A stretch of 64,000 bases of DNA from a virus (Duplodnaviria > Caudoviricetes). Below, one piece after another: positions 30,093 to 40,300 of this stretch. The DNA lies in IMG/VR virus record IMGVR_UViG_3300025087_000689; one strand, 5' to 3'. Within the stretch, counting starts at the first letter, position 1. Each line of letters starts with the position of its first letter. Under the pieces are notes generated by a model. It saw only the letters and a program-made list of their open reading frames with translations, was not told where the DNA came from and did not search any database. Position numbers and translations under genes: made by a program.

Positions 30093-33000
30093 TGGCTGAT
30101 AATTTAAGCGACGATATACTTGGTAATGATAACGATGTGAGTCCTCTATCAAGAGGAGTTTCTGTTGCAGGTTTGGTTACAGCTGGATTAGGTTTTCCAA
30201 GTTTATGGAAAACTTTTAAAGAGAAATATCCCAAAGGTATTGATATATTTGCTAATAGATTTACTAAAAATCAACCAACTGAGATTGAATTACAACATGC
30301 TATAAGTAAAACTATTTTTGAAAAATCTCTAGATTCTTCGCATTTGATTAAAAGTATAATGGATAAACCAGTTCTTTTTGATGAAAGATATGACAAAACT
30401 AATACTTCAACATGGGCACAGATGCAACGTAAGAGAAGACGTTTTGAACTTATAACATCTCCAGAGGGTAATCAAATAGAACAACTAGAGAACATGATTC
30501 AGAAAGCATCGAAGGATTTAGATATTATCGCTAATGATGAGGCATTACAGGTATACAGAAAAGAAGCAGTTGCTTTATATATACGTGAAATAGGAGAGAA
30601 AGAATTTCTTGGTAAGTTTCCATTAATGACCGGTTTTGTCAATGGATTAAAATCCGGTGCCATGATGAACACAGCCGATGTTAATAAAATATTTACAGAA
30701 GTTCTATCCCAAGGTAATTCTAATCTTTTAAATAGTTTATATAGAGATTTATTAAAATATGGACGCTCTGATAATGCTACTCTTTTAGCGTCCAGAAGTA
30801 AGATTGTTAAGTTACTGGATCGCCCGTCTAAATATCAAGGTCGACTTAATATTAATCAACCAACTAAAATCGACAAGAACTTCTATGAATTTCATGCATC
30901 GAAGTATAAAACAGGTGAATTGTTCGCGGAAGAAGTTATGGGGACGGTTCATCAAAAGATAGAATGGTCGGCGGAAAATAGAGCTAATAAAGTAGATCTT
31001 AAATTTAAAAATGTTTTAAAAGAATTATATAATGAGGTCCACAGTGAAAGATCCAGTCTTAAAGGTCCCGGATCCACATTTTCAGTTAGACTTACTAATT
31101 CCGGTGGAACTAGCAATGCTTTAGATAGACTAGAGATCTATTCTATTGATCCTGGTGGAGAAAAAAGAACATTCTTCTTGGATTTACCTAAAAAAGGTTA
31201 TATTAGAGGTGGACAAAGAGTACCTCAAACTTCAATTTATTCAGGTAAAGGTTTTATACCAAGTAATATAATCGAATCACAAGTTGATGGTTTAGCTTCG
31301 AATGTAAAAACTATTGCACACGCTCTCGTTACAGAAACAGATGGTAAACAAGAAGTGGCAAGAGTGCAAAGATGGTTTGACAAACAATTCAAGACAAGTG
31401 ATTTAGCAACCGGTAATACATATCTTGATACAGCAAAACGCGGAATAGTATCTCGTAATGATATGCCATGGTTAAATGCATCTACAAAAGCACTTAAAAA
31501 TAGAGCTAGTGGATTATTAGAATATAATACTTTAAATTATGTTAAGAAAACAGGACAAGATATATTAATTTATGATACTGAGTTCTATACAGGTAGAGCT
31601 GGAATCCAACCACTAGTTAAAACACCACAAGCGGCTAGGTTATATCAGATATCATATAGAAGGGTATCTTCTACAGGAGAAGCTCTCACTCATGGCAATT
31701 ATTATATAAAAGATGCGTCATTTGAAAGATTATATAAAGCGTATAAGAGTGGAACAACTTGTCTTGAATTAGAAAATCTTAAACATGTTTTAAATCAGAC
31801 AGGTAAAGGTACTCCAGAACATCTAGATTGGCTTATAGAAACGATTCAAAAAGAAGGTGTCACGCCTAAACAAGCTTTATCTAGGGTCTTTAATGAAGCG
31901 GGTAAAGGTGCCGCTATTTTAGATTTCGCTGGCAAAGGAGGTTCCGATAGAGCATTAATTGATTATATATCTCCTGAATTTTTAAAAGATAGAACTATGA
32001 TAGATATGTTAAAATTACAAAAATCGGCGTCATCCCTTGGTTCAGGATTTAGACTAACTCATGTATTTACTCGATTAGTTGAAAACGCCGATGAAATAGA
32101 ATTAAATAAGATAGTAAAAACATTGTCTTCCCATAGTAGTACTATTGCACATAATGATCTTATTCATAAATTAAGTAAGATGACGAATATTAGTAATCGT
32201 AAACAAATGATTATTCAAGCTGTGACAGCTGATAGTCATGATTCTAGTGTTGACGTTGCTGTTACTCACACGGCATTAAATCACGTATTAAGCGATAGGT
32301 CTCAAATGGGCAGCATATTAGGTTTCACTAATATGTTAAATAAAATAATGAATACTGGTTTTATAGATTTTAAAACCAGGGTTAATATGCTTAACTATGC
32401 TAATTTAGCTGTTCATTATACTGGTAAAGATGCCGCTGAAGATGCACTGTTTATGTCTACTATTCCAAATACTGTATCTGCGGGCGGTATGTTAAAGGGT
32501 AAGACACAGATGTTTCCGTATCATAGATTAGATCCTCTTAACGTACAAGATAGTAGTTTGCGTCAAATCCATCAAGTCATGAATGGTGTTCGTCTTGGTT
32601 ATTTAGGGGAACATGGGCATTTTTATGATCCGTACACAACCGCTTTTAGAAAAAATTTAGAAAGACAATCATCCAATATAGCTGAAAACATAGCAATTCA
32701 TGCGGAACCTGTAATGATTCCCACACTGGTGATAGCTAAAGGTTACGGTGTTGCCCCTGATGACTCTATTACAATAGATAGTAGGGTTCTAAATAAAACT
32801 GCAACAACGGTACGTCATAGAGAAAAGATAGTCAATTTTAAAGGTTTAAAACAAGAGGGATCTCTATTCGAACTAATTCATAGACTTACTAAAGATAAAG
32901 GTATTAATATTTTCAATGAAAAAACTACTTTAGATGCAGATGAATTAAATCATTTATTTGATCAGCATTTTAAGAAAGAACAGGGAGAGCTGGGTGAAGC

Positions 33001-36000
33001 TTATCGACATTCTCAAGCTAATGTAAATAATTTAAAAGGAAAATTTTATCAGTTTGAACAAGACACACTCATAGCAAAAGATATATCAGGACAAGAAATT
33101 AGGTCTAAACACACTGGCAACACTCGTTTTTCAAAAATAAGATTCACCAGGGGTCGAAACGGTGAACTCCAATTTGTTTATGAACTAGAAGAACTTATTA
33201 CAGCTGAAAAGGTTAGAGCTGGTTTTGGAAAAGGAATGGTATTTGGAAGTGGTGAACAGGGAATTATGGGTATCCTTGGACACCATAATGATAGTCCGGC
33301 TGTTGTGTCTGACAGATTAACAGCTAGATCTAGAATTAAACCAGAGATGTTGCTTTCAGGTAATCTATTTAGTAGAAGTGACGTAGGAACTACTAAGAAA
33401 TTAGCTTTAAATAGAATTTATGGAACTTATATGGCTGCTGGTGATCATACAGGAGCACAACGTTTCTTGCAAGATTTATTCGCTAGAAGCACCACTTATC
33501 AAACAGGTAATCAATCTCGTGTTTTATTAGATTATACTACTGTGGCTGAAGCATTGGATATAGCTAATGGAGTGAAAGCTGATACGTTATATAAACACAT
33601 GGAAAAAGTTGGACTAACATGGGATACGGCGAATATCAAAGCATTGGCTCAAAGCCATAATGTAACATACACAGCAGATAAAATTGAAATGTCTAAGCGT
33701 TTTGATGACCTAACAGTAAGAATGATTGAAAAAGATAAACTTAATATACTGGATGGTGTTAAAGCTAACTCAACGAAAATTTTAGACGCAGCCATGGATA
33801 ATGAACAAATTAAGTTTATGCGTTCAGTATATAATCCATATTTTAATTTTGTCAGAAATAAGATTGATTTTAATCATGAAACTAATGGCAGATTTATAGA
33901 TTTCACTAAGATTAAACGTGATGGAAAAACTGTTATAGCTCCAGTTTTACTGACATTTAGTGATATATTATCATCGATGTCGTATCAGATGCAACAACAA
34001 CAAGAAAGACAACATACTATCTCAGTGTCATCTGTTATTGAAAAGCAAATGGAGGCTTTACAGTCAAATTATAATAAATCAATGGAAAAGACACTCATAG
34101 ATAGAATGATTGGACAAAAGAAAAGAGGGACAAGAAAAACAATACTATCTATTTTTTCTATGTTGCAAGGGGCCGATAAATTAAGTGGTGTTAGTATAGG
34201 TGAGGTGGATATTAACGCAACTAAACAAATTTTAAGTAGGACGGCGTCTTATCAGCAACTTCATAAGTACTTTCGAGAAAATGGATTAGGATCTGAATTA
34301 CAAACTCCTGCATTTAAGAAATGGTATCATGAAGCTTTTTTAACTACTACTATTTCTGATCTGGAAATAGAAAGACGTGATTTAGAATTAAAGTTAGATA
34401 ATTCTACTCCCACTAATAGAAAAGAAATTATTAATTCTATAAAAGAGGTGGATGATCGACTTAAAGGAATGAAGACATCTTTTAAGATTAGTGAAGAGTC
34501 ACTAGCTATTAAAGATATCGAAAGTATGACTGATACATTGTATAACCATGCTTTTCGTTCTAATGGACAAGGAGAATTCGGAGATAAAAATATTGGAATA
34601 AATGGACCAAAGGTAGCTCCTCCAGACCTAATATTATTTAAATCTAAGAATTTCAGAATGGATAAAGATTTCTTTAAAATGGTTAGAGAACAGTTACAAG
34701 TATTGGATGAAAATTTACGAACCAACGATCCAAAAGCATTTAAAAGAAGAGAATTTATAGATAAAATTATTAACATGACGGAATCACAGGTTAAGAATAA
34801 AGGCGTACATGACGGTATTATTTTACCTAACGCTCATATATTAATGGATGCCATGAACTTATCAGCGAGACAGTTAGCTCTTGGAAGCGAAATACCATTA
34901 ACGCGTGGAAATTTAATGAATAGTATGCAAAATGTTCTATCTTCTATTATGCTTACTACATCTAATGAATTTGAAAATAGTAAGAGTAGTGATTACTTTC
35001 ATAAAAGAACGGCTAAAAAATATGCTGAATTCCTGGGTGATTTAGCTCATAGGGTTGTTGGAAAGAACGGACTTTTCTCAAGAGAATTAGAATTACAAGG
35101 AACATATGGATTGTTAAATTCTCCATTTGCTTTTAAAAAACAAGTAGGTGGAATGGTGAGAGATCACAATAAACTTAAAGAAATAATTAGAGAAAAATAT
35201 AATAAAGCGACCAAAGATAATGGATTTGATGTAAGAAAAGCTAATACTCAGAAAATTATAAATCGTCACGTTGAAAGAGAATTTAATGCATCTCTAGAAT
35301 TAAATGAGAAGATTCAATCCGGTAGATATAACTTTATTGCTCGTAGTGAATTCATGAAACATCAAGTTAATGTTGGAAATGCTACTATGTCAGTTGGTAA
35401 GTTTTTCGAAAAAGAACTTAAAGAAGGACGACTGACAAAGGAAGAAATTAGATTAATGAAGACTGGAGGAAAATCTGTTCCAGTAGGAATTAGCAGATAT
35501 CCTTTAGAATCTAATATGTGGGGTTTGTTTTCTGGTGAAACCTTTGTATACGATCAAAATTGGGCCGTGTTTCAAGATGTAAGAAAAGGTACAGTTCCTT
35601 CTCTAGATACTATGTTAATGTTAAGAGCTGACTCTGATGGCGATAATATAGTAACTAGATTATTAAATGTTAAAAATATGGAAGAACTAAATAAGGTTCT
35701 AACTGAAAGACGAGGTAGAACTAAAGACGTATATGAGGCTATGTTTCAATATCAAAATAATCTTTTTAAGTTTGGAAATACGACTAAAGCTAAAGAGATA
35801 ACCGAGAAGATGTATGGTAAAAAGTTTCAACCAAGTGAGATACGAAGTATAATAACACTGACGACTGAGATGTTAGAAGATTATGGACATAAAGTGAGCA
35901 AAGATCCTATCATTGGACATAAATTAGAGGAGTTGCAGCAATCTGAAATTAATAAACTTGGTAATTTAAAATTTATAGATGCATCTATATCAGATTTAAA

Positions 36001-37159
36001 AAAGTTTGTTGGATCTGAATCAATTCAAGAACTAATAGAAGAGAAAACAAGAAGATTTAGAGCTAGGGTAGTTGGTCAAGCATCTGTGGGTTATCTATCT
36101 TCCGCAGCCAGTAAGTTTAAAGCCAGAAAAGATCTTATAATGGAAAGAATAAGTTTAATTAAAGATCCCAAACTCCAACAAGATATGATAAAATTATTTC
36201 CAGGAATGAATCAAGCAAATGAGAACGCGGTTAAGATTTTTGGCGATACAATGAGTACTATGTTTCAAGATTTAAATAACTCCTATGATGATTTAATAAG
36301 AAGTTTAACACATCAAGGACCGGAACAAAAAGCTATAAGTATGAAGAAACTAACTGAAAATGATGCCATATCACACGTTTTAAATGTCGTTAGTCACGTT
36401 GATGACTTAGATAATGCATCGGTTCAAGGATCTTTTAAACGTCTTAGTATCGATATCAGTAAAGATAATTTAAAAAAATGGAGATTCTTTCAAGATATTC
36501 ACAAAACATTATTAAAATCTGACCCAAACTATGAGAGACAGTATCATGATGCTACTGTAGATTTAACACATAATGGTAAGAATGTAATGGATTTATTAAA
36601 TATGTCTCTATCTGCTAGATTTTCACAAGGGTTCGAACAATTAACTCCTAAAGAACTACAACATGCTATGTCTGCTTATACTGAAAGTACCACACCTAGT
36701 TTTGGAACAAAAGTTAGTACAGCTTGGAGAAATTCGGTTAAACAAGTACTTGAGATGAAACCAGCTAAGTCCGTCTTAGGACTTGGGATAGGACTAAGTA
36801 TATTAAGTCTTGGCAGCCCAGATCAGCTAGCTGGTGGTATTAGTAGTTTTGGTATTGATATCGGTCATCGTCCAGGTTTTAAATCAGACTCAGATATTGG
36901 AATGGAATCGTTATCTGCAGAACCAGGACAAGATGTTTTTACTCAAAAATGGACTTATTTATTGAATAACGACCCTATTTTAAAGGATAATATAAGTGCA
37001 CTAAGTGATAGAAGTTATAAGGATTTAACTATGAATAAGAAGATATATACGCAGTTTAATCCATCTAAGAAATTTAAAAGAAATTATATTGATTATAGAA
37101 AGAATTATAATAGCAGATATCAAACTAACGATATGCGTAGAACTCAAATAGGAATGTAA
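30092..37159 (+). CDS. Putative single-chain two-barrel (DPBB) RNA polymerase with N-terminal DEDDh exonuclease, virion-associated
   Basis: Ordered motifs: DTE (495-497), D619, HxxxxD (716-721); GYGVAPDDSITI (D890/D891), K1040...GK1047G, SR (1094-1095), GKNGLFSREL (1657), RYP (1802), ADSDGD (D1847/D1849/D1851), SVGYL, EQKAISMKK (2078). Confidence 0.8.
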   Translation: MADNLSDDILGNDNDVSPLSRGVSVAGLVTAGLGFPSLWKTFKEKYPKGIDIFANRFTKNQPTEIELQHAISKTIFEKSLDSSHLIKSIMDKPVLFDERYDKTNTSTWAQMQRKRRRFELITSPEGNQIEQLENMIQKASKDLDIIANDEALQVYRKEAVALYIREIGEKEFLGKFPLMTGFVNGLKSGAMMNTADVNKIFTEVLSQGNSNLLNSLYRDLLKYGRSDNATLLASRSKIVKLLDRPSKYQGRLNINQPTKIDKNFYEFHASKYKTGELFAEEVMGTVHQKIEWSAENRANKVDLKFKNVLKELYNEVHSERSSLKGPGSTFSVRLTNSGGTSNALDRLEIYSIDPGGEKRTFFLDLPKKGYIRGGQRVPQTSIYSGKGFIPSNIIESQVDGLASNVKTIAHALVTETDGKQEVARVQRWFDKQFKTSDLATGNTYLDTAKRGIVSRNDMPWLNASTKALKNRASGLLEYNTLNYVKKTGQDILIYDTEFYTGRAGIQPLVKTPQAARLYQISYRRVSSTGEALTHGNYYIKDASFERLYKAYKSGTTCLELENLKHVLNQTGKGTPEHLDWLIETIQKEGVTPKQALSRVFNEAGKGAAILDFAGKGGSDRALIDYISPEFLKDRTMIDMLKLQKSASSLGSGFRLTHVFTRLVENADEIELNKIVKTLSSHSSTIAHNDLIHKLSKMTNISNRKQMIIQAVTADSHDSSVDVAVTHTALNHVLSDRSQMGSILGFTNMLNKIMNTGFIDFKTRVNMLNYANLAVHYTGKDAAEDALFMSTIPNTVSAGGMLKGKTQMFPYHRLDPLNVQDSSLRQIHQVMNGVRLGYLGEHGHFYDPYTTAFRKNLERQSSNIAENIAIHAEPVMIPTLVIAKGYGVAPDDSITIDSRVLNKTATTVRHREKIVNFKGLKQEGSLFELIHRLTKDKGINIFNEKTTLDADELNHLFDQHFKKEQGELGEAYRHSQANVNNLKGKFYQFEQDTLIAKDISGQEIRSKHTGNTRFSKIRFTRGRNGELQFVYELEELITAEKVRAGFGKGMVFGSGEQGIMGILGHHNDSPAVVSDRLTARSRIKPEMLLSGNLFSRSDVGTTKKLALNRIYGTYMAAGDHTGAQRFLQDLFARSTTYQTGNQSRVLLDYTTVAEALDIANGVKADTLYKHMEKVGLTWDTANIKALAQSHNVTYTADKIEMSKRFDDLTVRMIEKDKLNILDGVKANSTKILDAAMDNEQIKFMRSVYNPYFNFVRNKIDFNHETNGRFIDFTKIKRDGKTVIAPVLLTFSDILSSMSYQMQQQQERQHTISVSSVIEKQMEALQSNYNKSMEKTLIDRMIGQKKRGTRKTILSIFSMLQGADKLSGVSIGEVDINATKQILSRTASYQQLHKYFRENGLGSELQTPAFKKWYHEAFLTTTISDLEIERRDLELKLDNSTPTNRKEIINSIKEVDDRLKGMKTSFKISEESLAIKDIESMTDTLYNHAFRSNGQGEFGDKNIGINGPKVAPPDLILFKSKNFRMDKDFFKMVREQLQVLDENLRTNDPKAFKRREFIDKIINMTESQVKNKGVHDGIILPNAHILMDAMNLSARQLALGSEIPLTRGNLMNSMQNVLSSIMLTTSNEFENSKSSDYFHKRTAKKYAEFLGDLAHRVVGKNGLFSRELELQGTYGLLNSPFAFKKQVGGMVRDHNKLKEIIREKYNKATKDNGFDVRKANTQKIINRHVEREFNASLELNEKIQSGRYNFIARSEFMKHQVNVGNATMSVGKFFEKELKEGRLTKEEIRLMKTGGKSVPVGISRYPLESNMWGLFSGETFVYDQNWAVFQDVRKGTVPSLDTMLMLRADSDGDNIVTRLLNVKNMEELNKVLTERRGRTKDVYEAMFQYQNNLFKFGNTTKAKEITEKMYGKKFQPSEIRSIITLTTEMLEDYGHKVSKDPIIGHKLEELQQSEINKLGNLKFIDASISDLKKFVGSESIQELIEEKTRRFRARVVGQASVGYLSSAASKFKARKDLIMERISLIKDPKLQQDMIKLFPGMNQANENAVKIFGDTMSTMFQDLNNSYDDLIRSLTHQGPEQKAISMKKLTENDAISHVLNVVSHVDDLDNASVQGSFKRLSIDISKDNLKKWRFFQDIHKTLLKSDPNYERQYHDATVDLTHNGKNVMDLLNMSLSARFSQGFEQLTPKELQHAMSAYTESTTPSFGTKVSTAWRNSVKQVLEMKPAKSVLGLGIGLSILSLGSPDQLAGGISSFGIDIGHRPGFKSDSDIGMESLSAEPGQDVFTQKWTYLLNNDPILKDNISALSDRSYKDLTMNKKIYTQFNPSKKFKRNYIDYRKNYNSRYQTNDMRRTQIGM

Positions 37160-37356
37160 TGCCACAACTCAATATTAGTATCACGTTAGATAATATAGAC
37201 TCTGAAATAGACGCCAACCAGTTAGCGTCCACCATTGAGAATATTATAAGACAAAATAGCGGAATAGATAATATACAAACTAGTATTTATGATAATGATG
37301 GAAGTAATAGTGGAAATCCTATTATGGCACAGAACATTATGAGGAAGATAAAGTAA
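37159..37356 (+). CDS. Small hypothetical protein (65 aa)
   Basis: TAATG-coupled on both sides. Beta-strand/helix pattern LNISITL...ANQLASTIENII. Confidence 0.6.
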   Translation: MPQLNISITLDNIDSEIDANQLASTIENIIRQNSGIDNIQTSIYDNDGSNSGNPIMAQNIMRKIK

Positions 37357-40300
37357 TGGGAAAACCTACCTTTGAAAATAAATCGCATGATGATGAAAAA
37401 TCTTTTGCGAAAATGAGGAAATATGAACCTCTTAAAGATCTCGTTGATGTTATTGATCTATTATCTAAAAAATATAATATACATATTACATCTTTAGGTA
37501 GAGGTTTTAAACCTGGTTTTACAACTACTACTTCAGTTGCTACTGCACTAGGTCTTAAAGATCCTCTCATTAGTATTGTTAATAAGTTCTTTAATAGAAC
37601 TGATGTTAGTGAGAATGAATTTATATATAAGAAAGTAATTTGGGAATCTTCTGATCCTATTAATGATCATAATTTTGTTAAGTATAGTCCACACTTTTGG
37701 ATTCCTGATCAACCTTTTGGATGTGCGGTAGATATTAGATCAAAGAATTTTACTGAATCTCAAATACAATCAATTGTTAATATAATTAAAGCTCAGAATA
37801 AAGAATTATATGTTTTAGTTCATTCAATTAAAGGTAACTATCCCCATATTCATCTACAACATGATGGAGTTTATAAAGCTGGATTAAACACAATGAAAGA
37901 TCTAGTAGATGAGGCTTGTGGATATACAAAAATACGAAAAACTTATTCGGCATTAAATCCGGCTAAACTTGTAAAAAGAGATCCTGACTACGTGGATACT
38001 TTTAAAAAGCTCGATAACGCAATCTGTGATGGATTTACAGCGGCTGATATCGCAGAAACTCTAGACATAGCTAATCAAAAACCTAATTTAAAAGATAAGA
38101 AAGATACTAGAACTATACTTCCGTCAGATATAGATAATAATGGATTAATGGAAGTTCTTAGAATTGGTGATATTAATTTTAGCGTGTGTCCAGTAACTCA
38201 GATTTCATATTCACAATCAATGCAATATGTTAGATTTTCTACATTGAGAACAGTCGGAGATCCAAAAATAGCTAATGACACCGTCCCAAATAACGTTACC
38301 TTGAATATAATCTTTCCAAATGCTGATGCTATTAATAACCAAATGAGATCCCTCATAGCACAGTTTATGGTAACTCCGATAACTATAGTTCAAAATAGAT
38401 TCATAACTAGAACATTAAAACCATTGATTATCAATCATAAGGGTGAGACCGAGGCTAATCCTTTATTATCACCAGAAGATGAGAGTATCTGGATGATAAT
38501 GACTGATTTAAATGTTAGATCTATTCCAAATTTTCCAGAAGCGTTTGAAGTATATATTACATTAGAGATGTTCGAAGATAGGGTTTTTGGTAATAAACTA
38601 AAGTTTCTTGTTGATTATAAAGATTTACAAGAAAAATATAGGCGGAAACAAGAGATTTTTGGTCATCAATATATAATACCTTCTGAAAAAACTATGTTAA
38701 AATCGGCAGCGGATTTTAAACCAGGGATTATCAATGTTACATCTGATCCTAATAATTCAGAATTATATAAAAACTTTTATCAATCTGTCGCTAATACATT
38801 TGAATTATACTATCCAGAACAGGATACAAAAACTGGTGGAAAATTAACTGTTTTATACAATTCTTATAATTATAGTAGAGAAAATATTCGAAAAGTTAAA
38901 AAGACGATGGAAGAAGAATATAATCAATCGTTATTAGAGACTCAAGATATTATTAAAGAACTTCAACCAGGAGAAATTAAATGGTTCGCTGGTAAGGGAT
39001 TAAATGTTATAAAACCAGATGTAATACAGTTAATAAATAAAACAGGAAGAACTACTATTGATTTACTGGAGTTGACGATATCCAATTTTGAGTCTGTAAA
39101 ATCGTTGCATAATTTTCGTTACTCTGTGATGGATCCGATATTTAGATTTAGACAGTTATCTAAGGATGCTTCGATATATGTTAATAGGATCGGAGATGAA
39201 TTAGGATTAACTTCTTGGGATAAACAACAAGTTTTAAAAATATTTAATAGTGCACTGGGACGAATTGGAACACTAGAAAAATATAGCACCGGACTAGCTA
39301 GTGCATTTAAAACAGACGCCAATGGTAATCCATTGAGCAATCAATTAACTAATCCTACACCCGCTCAAGATATTGGTCGGACTGATGGTTTAATAGGTGG
39401 ATTAGAAGCTCTAATAGGTGAAATGTTATTTACGGTCGAAGGTGGAAAAAACGAAGCTTTATCGAAACGAGCAGCTAAAATCAACACCGCATTAAAAAAG
39501 ATAACTGAATTATGTCTTGGTGATATTAATGAAGAAAAACCAGGATCAAATCTCGATCAGGACGGGTTACCAACATTTATTGCACGTTATAGTAGTGTAG
39601 ATTTAATAGATGGAAAAGATAGTATATCTACAGGTGTATCATTTTCTATTAGTAATAAGGTTATTCCACAGCAGGTTATTGGATGGAAACAACCTACATT
39701 TCAACATCTAGGTCGAAGTGATTGGTCTATTAACATGAATATTATTTGTAAGAATGATGAAGCTATTCGTAATATAATGTTCATACTTAATAAAATGGGA
39801 GTTTTATCTAAACAAATACAGTTTACATCACCTGCCAAATTTATTAATCTTGATACAACATTACATATTCAAGAAGGCGATCCAATCTTTGGAGTATTAG
39901 GAATAAATAGTTTTGTTTTAAATACGGTTGAGGTATCTAGTATTCCTGGTCAACCAGGAGAATATCAGATTAATTTAGGTTTAGAACAAGCAGATTTATC
40001 TATTCACACGGCTGAAAAAATCGAAGAATCGTCAGCAAAACAAAAAAACAAAGAGTCGTCTCAGTTAATTCTTAAAGATATATTACCCGTCTTAAAGGCT
40101 ATAGTTATTAATAAAGATCGTAAAGATTATGGACAGATATTGGATTTCGAAAAAATAAAAGACGCAATTGATAATCCTAATCTAAATGAATACTGGAAAG
40201 CTTATGGTGTTGATTCTTACGATTATATGGATAAATATAATTTTTATAAATTAATGCTTGGAACTAAAAAAGTAACAGACCCAGATAAAGATTGGGATCT

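Noticed and set aside
30092-37159. Captured cellular rpoB/rpoC or host contamination
   Set aside because: Only short catalytic motifs are retained, in one divergent chain that is translationally coupled to phage tail genes. No gene symbol assigned.
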